Positions 1 through 9,255 of a stretch of 64,000 nucleotides of DNA are shown here, in pieces. Made by a program: the position numbers and the translations under genes. The notes beneath the pieces are model-generated. The model was given only the letters and a program-made list of their open reading frames with translations. It was not told the DNA's origin and did no database searches. Positions within the stretch are counted from its first letter, which is position 1. Every line of letters starts with the position of its first letter. This stretch comes from an uncultured Gammaproteobacteria bacterium (GTDB lineage Bacteria; Pseudomonadota; Gammaproteobacteria; CAWCPV01): assembly GCA_963797555.1 (NCBI GenBank), contig CAWCPV010000003.1, positions 352,001-416,000 on the forward strand, given 5' to 3'.

Positions 1-135
1 GCCGATCCTGGCCTTCGGGATGCCATGTTCCGACTTCGCGACGCCACGATATCTACGAGATACTGAAAAATCATCCGCGAACGATTGCAGCTCCGGGCGT
101 GGTCCAATAGCGCATCGAGATAGAGGAGCAGACCG

Positions 136-357
136 ATGCCAGAACCACGATTGACGAGACCGTTGCCGTTTTCCAGAGCCGATATTACGAGCGCGCTGGC
201 TGATCTCCTTCTCCTTCGAGCCGGGCATGCGCTGCCGGACATCAACCCTGTCGCGGAGGCGCTGGCTGACGGATCGTGTACGCTGCTGGACGTTGCGGCT
301 GCATCTGAGCGGGCGTTGGCTCCGGGCGCACCGTCACCGAGTCTGCCCGCCAGCTAA
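136..357 (+). CDS. Small hypothetical protein
   Basis: ATG preceded by strong RBS (AGAGGAG); 73 aa; no recognisable motif. Confidence 0.5.
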   Translation: MPEPRLTRPLPFSRADITSALADLLLLRAGHALPDINPVAEALADGSCTLLDVAAASERALAPGAPSPSLPAS

Positions 358-1189
358 CCACCTCCGACTTCGGCGAGGCGCTTGGCTGTCGCGTTGTCGC
401 GGGTTTCCGCGATCAGTTACGGCAAACAGTCATCAGAGCATGGCGTGATTTGCCGGGACATTACAGCTCGGAACCTTCAGCCGATCAGTTTTCCCGAATT
501 GGATCTGGGCGAGCTGACGTTCGTTCCGAAGAGCGGAGGGCCGATTGATATTTGCTCCAATTCTCGCCAGCGCGGGAGTTACCGGGGAGCCGCAGGTATT
601 CGGAGCGCGTTTTCTGGTCTTCGCGCCAACTGTTGATCAACGATGATGCCGGTCTGATGACTTCGGCGACCGAGCAGTTGTCTGGACATGCGGCGCAGAA
701 TGGAAGCGGCGCATGATTTCCGCTGTCATCGCAAGCGAATGCGAATTTGGCCGATGGCGCACCGCTGATCGGCGCGGGCAATACGGTATCGGGTGGAGTC
801 GCCACGGTAACGGGTTTGGGTAATGCGGCTGCGAAGCTGCGGACGAACTGACGGGCGTCGGGAACGTCGGCAACGTATCAAGCCCTGCGTTTTGGATGGT
901 CCCGGAGATTCCGAGATCGCAGCGGAGGCCACCGTGGCGAGTTTGTATGCTGGCGTTCCGGGCATTCAAGTTATTTGTAACCCGTGGCTGCCCAGCGGTG
1001 CATCCTACGTATTTGGAAGATCCGGCTGTGGCTCCGGTCATCGCTAGAATGGCGCTTGAACTTCCCGAATACTCCGAGCGTTTCCAGAGTTCGGACGCCA
1101 TTGGCATTATGATGGGCAGGCATTCCGATTCGAGTTCATTGTCGGGATTCAGGCCATTGGCCGAAGCTGGTATTTGCAAGGCGACTGGC

Positions 1190-1471
1190 ATGAGCCGTGA
1201 AACCATTGACCCGCACCCAAACCCGAGCCGCCGCGCGTTCATTCCAGCGCCAGTTCTGGGATTTGCCGCAAATGCGCCATTGCGGTTGCGGCCGAGCTTC
1301 GCGACTGCAGAGGCCGGTACTCCAGCTGATTGCCGTTTGCGGCTCTGGCGCGAGCCCACGGGACTTCTCGCGATGATGACCGGCGATGGGCTGCTGTTTG
1401 TGCAGCCGCTGGACGTGACCGAGTTACCCGTGGACGCGACGTTCTGCCCAGCACCGCAGGCCCTGCAGTGA
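1190..1471 (+). CDS. Hypothetical protein (3' part of ORF 896-1471; start uncertain)
   Basis: Stop overlaps the next GTG start (GTGA coupling at 1468-1471); no motif recognised. Confidence 0.3.
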   Translation: MSRETIDPHPNPSRRAFIPAPVLGFAANAPLRLRPSFATAEAGTPADCRLRLWREPTGLLAMMTGDGLLFVQPLDVTELPVDATFCPAPQALQ

Positions 1472-1860
1472 GCCGCTACGTTGTCATGTGCCGCCTGGGT
1501 GGAGACCGCCTCCAATTCGTACGCGCGTGCCTCACCGAGGTCGAGGCCCGCACGTGGGCGTCGGAGTCGCCGGACCTGTTCGCTCTGCCGCGCGAGCGCG
1601 CACTGGCGCTCTGGCTGTCCGCGACGCAGAGGCACGACACCGGGGACCATCGGCCGCCGCTACTCGAAGCTTGCGCCGCCGCGCGCGGGCTCGACGTCAC
1701 CCGAGCGCGGATGCTCCTCTGCCCTTTCGCCCGGCCCTACCCTTGGCCGGGCTTTTTTCGGGCCGCCACTGCCATCCTTGCGGCACACCATTTTCCACAC
1801 AGTCTGGCCCGCGCGCGCGGGGAGCCACCGGCTGAATGGGACAACTTCACGCCGGCGTGA
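1468..1860 (+). CDS. Hypothetical protein (VSRYVVMCRLGGDRLQFVRACLTEVEARTWA...); true end may be before the hairpin at 1729
   Basis: Coupled start and GC-rich coding-like N-terminal part; ORF runs on into the terminator and repeat array. Confidence 0.4.
   Translation: MSRYVVMCRLGGDRLQFVRACLTEVEARTWASESPDLFALPRERALALWLSATQRHDTGDHRPPLLEACAAARGLDVTRARMLLCPFARPYPWPGFFRAATAILAAHHFPHSLARARGEPPAEWDNFTPA
1729..1758 (+). terminator. Rho-independent terminator-like hairpin
   Basis: GCCCGGCC-8 nt loop-GGCCGGGC followed by TTTTTT. Confidence 0.6.
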
Positions 1861-2005
1861 AGATCTCGGCCCGCGCGCGCGGGGAGCCACCATTGTCGGG
1901 ATGGCGCCGTCTGCGAATCCAACCCCGCGCGCGCGGCAGCCACCACTCCTCAGCCTGTGGAAAACGTTCCACAGGCTGGTCTGGCCCGCGCGCGCGGGGT
2001 TTTTT
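1802..2005. CRISPR. Degenerate CRISPR-like mini-array: 4 repeats of ~29 bp, 3 spacers, no cas genes in window
   Basis: Repeats at 1802, 1864, ~1918 and 1979 share CCCGCGCGCGCGG(GGAGCCACC); periods 62/54/61 bp; R1 GTCTGGCCCGCGCGCGCGGGGAGCCACCG aligns ungapped to the type I-E repeat GTGTTCCCCGCGCCAGCGGGGATAAACCG. Confidence 0.45.
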
Positions 2006-2128
2006 GTGGGTGCCGGAGCATCGTAACAGCATCGTAATGAGCGTTACGGGCACAAACGGCCCGGTCCCTAGCACCGGCCTAGCACCCACCCCCACCGCAG
2101 ATTCCCGCACTCGCCGCAAACCCTTGTG

Positions 2129-2210
2129 TGCCCGGGGCCGGATTCGAACCGGCACGGCCGAAGCCAGAGGATTTTAAGTCCCCTGCGTCTACCCGTTCCG
2201 CCACCCGGGC
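2129..2210 (-). tRNA. tRNA-Leu (TAA); CCA not encoded
   Basis: Reverse complement GCCCGGGTGGCGGAACGGGTAGACGCAGGGGACTTAAAATCCTC...GGTTCGAATCCGGCCCCGGGCA; long variable arm. Confidence 0.95.
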
Positions 2211-2218
2211 CAGTGGCG

Positions 2219-2248
2219 ATTTTAGGGGCGGAGAATAGCCTAACGCAA
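2219..2248 (-). promoter_or_regulatory. Putative sigma70 promoter for tRNA-Leu
   Basis: TTGCGT-18 bp-TAAAAT on minus strand just upstream of the tRNA. Confidence 0.5.
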
Positions 2249-2254
2249 AAAAAA

Positions 2255-3728
2255 GCTCTTTCCGGAATCGTGTGGGTAGCAATGCCTATGGCGCGGGGGC
2301 ATCTGCCTGATCTCTGACACCAGGGGGTGTGTTGAACGGCGAGGCGGGCAGGTGGGCGAGATTGCCGGCGATGAGGTAGGCGATGGTGATGAGCGAGTGC
2401 GTGGTGCGGTAGCCCCGGGCGCGAGCCTTGGCGGCCTGGATGAGGGAGTTGATGCCCTCGGCGCGGCCGTTGGTGAGGCCCGAGTGGAATGCGGCGAGGA
2501 TGCCGTTCCAGTGCTCTTTCAGGGTAGTGGCGAGGCGCTTCATGGGCTGCAGGCGGCTAAAACGCCGTGCCCAGCTATACCAGCGCCCGAGGGCGCTCTC
2601 GGCCTGCTCGAGGGTGCTGGCCGTGGCGTAGATATCGCGCAGCGCCTCCTTGAGGCGCCAGGCACGGGCGGTCTTGAGGCGGGCGCGGGAGAGCCAGTGG
2701 AAGTCGGTGAGCTGGTCCAAGGTCCAGTCGTGGGCGTCTTTGAGCCAGGTCCAGCGGGTGCCCCTGAGGGCGGGCTCGGTCTTGATCTCCTCGCGGCGCA
2801 CCGCGTCGACCGCCTCGTTGGCGAGCTTGATGACATGGAAGGCATCGAAGCTCACCGTGGCTTTAGGCAGATGCTTGGTCACCCCGGCGAGATAAGCGGC
2901 GGACAGGTCGATGCACACCTGCTCGATGGCCTGCGGGTCGCCGCCGTGCGCCTGGAGGTCGGCGGCGAAGGCCGCCACGGTGCTCTGGTCGCGGCCCTCG
3001 CAGGCGAACAGCAGGCGTTTTCCCGTGAGGTCATGGAACAGGCTGATGTAGTGCTGTCCACGCCGGGCGGCGGTCTCGTCCAGGCCCACAGCGCTCACCT
3101 GCGAGTGGTCCTCCTGAGCGCGGGCCCTGCCTACGTAGTGATCGAGCACCCCCCACAGGCGCTCATCGCCCACACCCAGGTGCCGAGCCACGGTCGCCAC
3201 CGGCATGGCCTGGCACAGCGTGACCACCAGCGCCTCCATCAGCGCCGTGAAGCCACTGTGGGCGCGCGCCCACGGCGCTTCGACCTGGGTCGTCTTGCCG
3301 CAGGCCTCGCAGCGCACTCGCGGCAGATGCGCGTGCAGGTACGCCCGTGACTTAAAGAAGCTCAGGTGCTGCCAACTGCGCTCCCAGGTGTCGTGCACCG
3401 GCTGGCCTTGCACTCCGCAGGCCGGGCAGGCAAAGCGGCTGCCCTTGGCAAACGCCACATCGAGGTCGATGCGCCCAGCCTCGGGGTCGAACCGCACGTC
3501 GGTGACCTCCCAAGGCGCCGTCAGGCCCAGTGCCGTGGTAAACAGATGCGTGGGCTGCACGGTGCTCCCCCCTTGGATGACGGCCTGTGGATTTGTGGAC
3601 GAGTCCTGCGGAGCGGCCCCACGCGAGGGCCTCTCGCCCACCACCCCAACCACAAGATGCTGTGATAAGCGACCGGTCAGAACAGATGGTACTTGACTAC
3701 CACCACCCACACAATTGCCGAAAGAGCC
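2255..3728 (-). mobile_element. ISL3-family insertion sequence
   Basis: Imperfect terminal IRs (G)GCTCTTTC..AAT.GTGTGGGT; A8 run on both flanks (2247-2254, 3729-3736) consistent with an 8-bp target duplication. Confidence 0.9.
2286..3560 (-). CDS. ISL3 family transposase
   Basis: zf-ISL3 CPACG...CEACG, GLDET, CIDLS, FDAFHVIK, TNGRAEGINS motifs; GTG start with GGGGAG RBS. Confidence 0.95.
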   Translation of the reverse strand: MQPTHLFTTALGLTAPWEVTDVRFDPEAGRIDLDVAFAKGSRFACPACGVQGQPVHDTWERSWQHLSFFKSRAYLHAHLPRVRCEACGKTTQVEAPWARAHSGFTALMEALVVTLCQAMPVATVARHLGVGDERLWGVLDHYVGRARAQEDHSQVSAVGLDETAARRGQHYISLFHDLTGKRLLFACEGRDQSTVAAFAADLQAHGGDPQAIEQVCIDLSAAYLAGVTKHLPKATVSFDAFHVIKLANEAVDAVRREEIKTEPALRGTRWTWLKDAHDWTLDQLTDFHWLSRARLKTARAWRLKEALRDIYATASTLEQAESALGRWYSWARRFSRLQPMKRLATTLKEHWNGILAAFHSGLTNGRAEGINSLIQAAKARARGYRTTHSLITIAYLIAGNLAHLPASPFNTPPGVRDQADAPAP

Positions 3729-3781
3729 AAAAAAAACCGGCGAGGCTCGCTAAGCGAGCGCCACTGAGGAGACGTATGATA

Positions 3782-3855
3782 TGGAGGCTGGGGCCGGAAT
3801 CGAACCGACGTCCACGGCTTTGCAGGCCGCTGCATAACCACTCTGCCACCCAGCC
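3782..3855 (-). tRNA. tRNA-Cys (GCA)
   Basis: Reverse complement GGCTGGGTGGCAGAGTGGTTATGCAGCGGCCTGCAAAGCCG...GGTTCGATTCCGGCCCCAGCCTCCA. Confidence 0.97.
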
Positions 3856-3918
3856 GGATTGACCCCGTTGGGAGTCTAGAGTCTAGAGGTCGTCGCCTCG
3901 CAGCCTGACGATGGTGTT

Positions 3919-3994
<76 letters not shown>

Positions 3995-4006
3995 GGTAGA
4001 CGCCCT

Positions 4007-4034
4007 ATTTTAGGGGGGTGTCGCGACCTGTCAA
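4007..4034 (-). promoter_or_regulatory. Stable-RNA sigma70 promoter for the tRNA-Gly/Cys cluster
   Basis: TTGACA-16 bp-TAAAAT followed by a GC-rich discriminator. Confidence 0.8.
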
Positions 4035-4039
4035 GAGGG

Positions 4040-4687
4040 TTACCAGTATTTCCCCTCCGGACGCGGGCCTCCCGCCTTCGCCCCCTGCGAGCCGGCTGCC
4101 GAGGCGTGCATCTCTGCAGCCACGGCACTCACACTGACGGACTGCCACGCGGTACGCATATACATGTACATGGACCACAGGGTCAGGGCCACCGCCAGGT
4201 ACAGCAGAAGGAAACCAGCAGCGCGGGTCGGCAATTGGCCTACGGGCTCTCGATACAGAAGCAGCGAGATAGCGATCATCTGCATCATCGTTTTCACCTT
4301 TGCCACGACGGACACCGCGACGTGCGCGCGTTTACCGATCTCCGCCATCCACTCTCGCAGCGCGGAGACGACAATCTCGCGCCCGACGATGACCGCCGCT
4401 GGAACCGCCAGGAGAGGCGTGGGATCCGCCTGGACGAGGAGGACCAGGGCGATGGCCACGATCAGCTTGTCCGCCACCGGGTCGAGGAACGCCCCGAAGG
4501 CCGATGCCTGCCCCATGCGCCGCGCCAGCAGCCCGTCGAGCCAATCCGTGACCGCGGCCAGCACGAACACCACGACGGTCGCCTCGTTGGACCAGCCGAA
4601 AGGGAGGTAGAACAGGAGCACGAAGACCGGGACGAGGCCGATGCGCAGGAACGTCAGGACGTTGGGCAGATTGAGCCTAATGTCCAT
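4040..4687 (-). CDS. pgsA: CDP-diacylglycerol--glycerol-3-phosphate 3-phosphatidyltransferase
   Basis: NLPNVLT..R and TDWLDGLLARR...GAFLDPVADK motifs; conserved uvrC-pgsA-tRNA synteny. Confidence 0.97.
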   Translation of the reverse strand: MDIRLNLPNVLTFLRIGLVPVFVLLFYLPFGWSNEATVVVFVLAAVTDWLDGLLARRMGQASAFGAFLDPVADKLIVAIALVLLVQADPTPLLAVPAAVIVGREIVVSALREWMAEIGKRAHVAVSVVAKVKTMMQMIAISLLLYREPVGQLPTRAAGFLLLYLAVALTLWSMYMYMRTAWQSVSVSAVAAEMHASAAGSQGAKAGGPRPEGKYW

Positions 4688-6500
4688 GAAATGAATCGTA
4701 GATGCGACGGGCCAGATGCTCGCTGATGCCGGGCACGTTCGCCAAGTCCTCGATACCGGCGCGCGCGATCTCTTGGAGGCCTCCGAACTGCCGCAGCAAC
4801 CGCTGACGACGTTTCGGACCCAGGCCCGAAATGTCCTCCAAGGCGGAGGTGCGGCGCCCCTTGGCCCTGCGCTGCCGGTGCCCCGTAATGGCGAAACGGT
4901 GCGCCTCGTCCCTGATCTGCTGGATCAGGTGTAGGGCTGGGGAGTGACCGCCCAGACGCATCCCCGGCCCGCCTTCCGCCACGAACAGAGTCTCCAGTCC
5001 GGGCTTGCGCCCAGCTCCCTTAGCCACCGCCACCAGCGTTACGCCCGCGACCTGTAACTCTTCCAACACCTTCGCCGCCTGGCTCAGCTGGCCTTTGCCG
5101 CCGTCGATAAAAAGCACATCGGGCAGCTTTCCCTCGCCCCTCTTGAGTCGCGTGTAACGGCGCGTCAGGGCTTGGTACAGCGCGGCGTAGTCGTCGCCGG
5201 CCCCGACTCCCTCGATGTTGAACCGGCGGTAATCCGACTTCACCGGACCGTTGGCATCGAACACCACACAGGATGCCACCGTAGCTTCGCCTTGGATGTG
5301 GCTGACATCGAAGCATTCCAGACGCGTCGGGACCTGGTCGAGCCGAAGCGCCTCCTGCAGTCCGGTGAGGCGTTCGCGCAGGTTCGCCTTGCTGGTGAGG
5401 TGCTGCGTGAGCGCATGCTCCGTATTGGCCGTCGCCATCTGGAGCCACTGTCGGCGTTCACCGCGCGCTTTGTGGCGGATGCTGACACGGTGGCCGGTCT
5501 GCTCCGACAGGGCAGCTTCCAGCAGATCCAGCTCCTCGAGCGGCTGGCTGATGATGATCTCCGGGGGAACCTCCTTGCCGAGATAGTATTGAGGAAGGAA
5601 AGCGCTCAGCACGGACACCGCATCCGCGCCCTCCGGGCAGCGCGGAAAGAACATCCTGTCGCCCAGGTTGCGTCCGCCCCGGATATAGAAGACCTGGACG
5701 CAGGCCACACCCGCACCAACGGCGCTGGCGATGACATCTACCTCTCCACGCTCCGCGGCCACGTGCTGAGCATCCTGTATACGCCGCAGGCTGGAGATCT
5801 GATCGCGGTAGCGCGCCGCCCGCTCGAACCTCAACGCGGTGGAGGCGCCATCCATCCGGGCCGCCAATTCGTCCAGCACTTGCTGATTGCGTCCCTCGAG
5901 GAACCAGATCGCGTGGCGTACATCCTCTTGGTAAGTTGCCGCCTCCGCGTACCCGACGCAGGGCGCGGTACAACGGCCGATTTGATACTGCAGGCAAGGA
6001 CGGGTGCGATTGCGGAAGAAGCTGTCTTGGCACTGCCGAACCTGAAATAGCTTCTGCAGCAAGCCTAGCGTTTCACGCACCGCCCCCGCGTTGGGATAAG
6101 GCCCGAAGAAACGTCCCGGCAGGTTCTTGGCACCCCGATGGAAGCTGAGGCGGGGGAATTCGTGCTCGGACACATAGATATACGGATAGCTCTTATCGTC
6201 TCTGAGCAAAACATTATAACGCGGCCGCAACTCCTTGATCAGATTGTTCTCTAAGATCAGTGCCTCCTTCTCATTGGCGGTCACCGTGACCTGAAGATCG
6301 CGGATCTGGGTCAACAGCGCCGTGGTCTTAATCGCCAGGCCGCTGTTCCGGAAGTAGCTGGCGAGACGTTTCTTCAAGTCTCGGGCCTTGCCGACGTAGA
6401 GCACTTCCCCGCGTGCGCCGATCATCCGGTACACGCCGGGCCGGCCGGTTACGGTGCGGAGAAACGCCTTGGAATCGAACGCGGGCTTGTCGTACGGCAT
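4677..6500 (-). CDS. uvrC: Excinuclease ABC subunit C
   Basis: GIY-YIG (PGVY...YVGKA), DDKSYPY, ECFDVSH, IDGGKGQL, RDEAHRFA, HhH. Confidence 0.98.
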   Translation of the reverse strand: MPYDKPAFDSKAFLRTVTGRPGVYRMIGARGEVLYVGKARDLKKRLASYFRNSGLAIKTTALLTQIRDLQVTVTANEKEALILENNLIKELRPRYNVLLRDDKSYPYIYVSEHEFPRLSFHRGAKNLPGRFFGPYPNAGAVRETLGLLQKLFQVRQCQDSFFRNRTRPCLQYQIGRCTAPCVGYAEAATYQEDVRHAIWFLEGRNQQVLDELAARMDGASTALRFERAARYRDQISSLRRIQDAQHVAAERGEVDVIASAVGAGVACVQVFYIRGGRNLGDRMFFPRCPEGADAVSVLSAFLPQYYLGKEVPPEIIISQPLEELDLLEAALSEQTGHRVSIRHKARGERRQWLQMATANTEHALTQHLTSKANLRERLTGLQEALRLDQVPTRLECFDVSHIQGEATVASCVVFDANGPVKSDYRRFNIEGVGAGDDYAALYQALTRRYTRLKRGEGKLPDVLFIDGGKGQLSQAAKVLEELQVAGVTLVAVAKGAGRKPGLETLFVAEGGPGMRLGGHSPALHLIQQIRDEAHRFAITGHRQRRAKGRRTSALEDISGLGPKRRQRLLRQFGGLQEIARAGIEDLANVPGISEHLARRIYDSFHGH

Positions 6501-6584
6501 CGCCAGGCAATGATACCCGTTCCGTCACACCGCCGCACGCCGCCCTGAGCGCCACGGGTGCGGGAGTGAAGTGTAGGTCGGGCA

Positions 6585-8096
6585 CTACGCGCGAATATCC
6601 AGCGGGTGCCCGGCACCGTCTTTCAGGTCTATGCGCGTGATACGGTGGCCGTTGGTGTCGGCCACCCAGAGGATATCGTTCTGCACGCTCAAGCCGCCGG
6701 GCTCCCGGAACCTCAGCTCCGTTCGCAGGGTAGAGACCTCCAGGGTGTCCAGAGAAAGGGCGCGCAATTTGTCGTTATAGGAGTCGGCGATCCAAAGGCA
6801 GCGGCGCGCGGCGTCGAACGCCACTCCTAGTGGGTGTTGCAGACGGGCCGCCCTCCCGATTCCATCGGCATCGCCGAACTCGAACAGCCCCCGCCCCACC
6901 AAAGTCGCGACCTCTTCGGTGACCAGACTCAGGGCACGGATCGCCGAGGTTTCCGAGTCCGCGATGTAGAGTGTGTCCCCTCCGATGGTTAGGCCCGAGG
7001 GTTGCGCCAGGGCCGCCGTTTGGCAGGGCCCGTCCAAGATATCCTCGATTCCAGATCCGGCGTAGGCACTCAGCAGGTGGCCCACCAGATCCAGCCTCCA
7101 TACTTGGTGCTGCCCGGCCATGGCGATGTACACAGCACCGTCGCGGTAAGCCACGTCCCAAGGGGAATTGAGGGCGGTGCGCAGCGGATCCCGCAACTCG
7201 GTCGTGCGCTGTCGTCCCTGCGCCCCGGTTCCCGCGCGCGTGGAGACCCGGCCGTTACGCAAGTCGATGCGCCGCACGGCGTGATTCCCCGTATCCGCCA
7301 CAAACAGGGCATCCTGCACCTGCACCAAGCCCTGCGGGTCGCGGAACGCAGACTGCTCAGCCATGCCGTCCTTCAATCCCGCCGCCCCCGACCCGAAACT
7401 GCGCCGAACCACGCCGGACACATCCAACTCCAGCACGCGATGGTGCCCGGTGTCGCTGACGTAGAGACACTCTTCCGTCGCCAGGATTTTTCCCGGGAAA
7501 CTGAGCAGCCCTGCATCGGCTTCGGGCCTGCCACCGACAGCGAGGGAATGGGGTCTCCTCAGGCCCTTGCGTTCGGCGACCAGCAGATTTCCCAGATGAG
7601 GTCGTCGAGCTTGGGCGCGCCGGGCCTCCCCGGAAGCACGCCGACCACGTATCCTTCCGGATCGATGAAGACGACCGACGGCCAAGCCCGTATCGCATAC
7701 TGCTGCCACAGCCGGAAGGCCGGGTCGTTGGCGACGGGATGCCGGATCCCGTACCGATTGATGGCCTTTTGCAGGTGGTCGGCGATTCGTTCGTGAGGAT
7801 ACTTTTGGGGAGTGGATCCCGATAACCGTGAGGTCAGCGGAATACTTCTCTTCTAGGTAACGCAGGTCCGGCAGGACGTGCAAGCAATTGATACACGAAT
7901 AGGTCCAGAAGTCGAGGAGCACCACTTTCCCGCGCTGGCCAGAGACGGTCAGCGGTTGAATGGTGTTGAACCACTCCAGATCGCCAGGCAACTCCGGCGC
8001 CCGCACACGCGCATCTCCCACCACCCTGCACCTCTCCCGCAGGACGCGCCCCCTGCTCTGCAGGCCGTCCTCACGTATCCAGGACCGGCCGGGCAT
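6585..8096 (-). CDS. Thioredoxin-like + NHL-repeat protein (compensating frameshifts ~7570-7800)
   Basis: LDFWTYSCINC, GIHSPK, repeated ADTGNH/ADSE NHL motifs; alternative frame restores QYAIRAWPSVVFIDPEG. Confidence 0.85.
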   Translation of the reverse strand: MPGRSWIREDGLQSRGRVLRERCRVVGDARVRAPELPGDLEWFNTIQPLTVSGQRGKVVLLDFWTYSCINCLHVLPDLRYLEEKYSADLTVIGIHSPKVSSRTNRRPPAKGHQSVRDPASRRQRPGLPAVAAVCDTGLAVGRLHRSGRIRGRRASGEARRAQARRPHLGNLLVAERKGLRRPHSLAVGGRPEADAGLLSFPGKILATEECLYVSDTGHHRVLELDVSGVVRRSFGSGAAGLKDGMAEQSAFRDPQGLVQVQDALFVADTGNHAVRRIDLRNGRVSTRAGTGAQGRQRTTELRDPLRTALNSPWDVAYRDGAVYIAMAGQHQVWRLDLVGHLLSAYAGSGIEDILDGPCQTAALAQPSGLTIGGDTLYIADSETSAIRALSLVTEEVATLVGRGLFEFGDADGIGRAARLQHPLGVAFDAARRCLWIADSYNDKLRALSLDTLEVSTLRTELRFREPGGLSVQNDILWVADTNGHRITRIDLKDGAGHPLDIRA

Positions 8097-8234
8097 GACG
8101 GCCCGTCCCGGCCAGATCCAAGACGCAAGTCATTTCGCCTTGCGGTTGTGATGCGTGCCTACGTCATCGCGTCGCTGCGGCGAAAAGGCGTCCCGGAGAG
8201 CGCTCGGAAACGGTCCAATGGGACGCCTCCGCCA

Positions 8235-8612
8235 TTATCGCGATGCCTGCTTCGCCTGCTGCGTCGCCAGCTCTTTGTGCACCTGCGCCATGTCGAGCGC
8301 CTGCGCCTGAGCGATCAATTGCGCCAGCGCGGACGCCGGGAGAGCGCCTGGCTGGGCGTAGATGATGACCTGCTCGCGGAAAATCATCAGCGTTGGGATG
8401 GAACGGATTCCAAAGGTCGCGGCAAGCTCGGGCTCGTCTTCGGTATTCACCTTGGCGAAAACGATGTCGGTGTGTTTTTCCGATGCCTCGTGAAAGATCG
8501 GCGCAAAGGACCGGCAGGGACCGCACCACGGAGCCCAGAAGTCCACGATGACAAGGTCATTCTTGGTAACCACGTCCTGGAAGTGGTCCTTGGACAGGTT
8601 CGTTACACTCAT
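8235..8612 (-). CDS. trxA: Thioredoxin
   Basis: DFWAPWCGPC active site, GIRSIPTL; AGAGGAG RBS. Confidence 0.9.
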   Translation of the reverse strand: MSVTNLSKDHFQDVVTKNDLVIVDFWAPWCGPCRSFAPIFHEASEKHTDIVFAKVNTEDEPELAATFGIRSIPTLMIFREQVIIYAQPGALPASALAQLIAQAQALDMAQVHKELATQQAKQASR

Positions 8613-9255
8613 GCCATTGTCTCCTCTGCTGGACGTGGTGTCGGCAGTGCACATTGACCCGCCGCGGTCGGTCGAGCCGACGCCTCCTCACGGGAGTCGC
8701 ATGCCCAGCACCGTTCGACTCGAGACCGTCCTCGGCCTCCAGCCCCGGAGGCGGCGCTAAACCGACAAGACGGCGGATCGTCGCAACCCGCTTCGCCGCG
8801 GGCCGCTTCGTGGCCCCATCGAGCGATGGGGACGGTCACTCACGCACCTTCGGGCCCCGGGCGGGAATCTCCGGCACCGTCCGGAGGTCGGGGACCTCCA
8901 CATACCGCGGAGCGTCATCATCCCGAGGTCGCTTACCGCGAGTACTAGGCCACCAGTGGTTGGTCTGGGCGCGATGCGCCGTAGAGCGCTGTCCGACCAT
9001 ATCCGCCTTGTCGTTGCTAGCTCCGTGCCCTTTCTCTCGGGCCGCTCGAACGACGACTCGTTCACAGGCTCCGAGTGGTGAACTGCGTCGTGCGTTGCCG
9101 CACCGGCTCCCCAACAGGTACCGGCCGAGAATTAACGCAACATTATGCCCCATCGCGCCCTCACCCCGCCAGCTCACCGGTTGGACGCAGGCCGTGCTGA
9201 TGGCCCGCGGTGGGGGTTACAATGCTCCGACCCCGCTGTCCGGCCGGAGTCCTCG

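Noticed and set aside
360-1190. ORFs 382-636, 485-805, 637-1650, 726-965
   Set aside because: No motifs, RBS or consistent codon bias; cannot choose a frame
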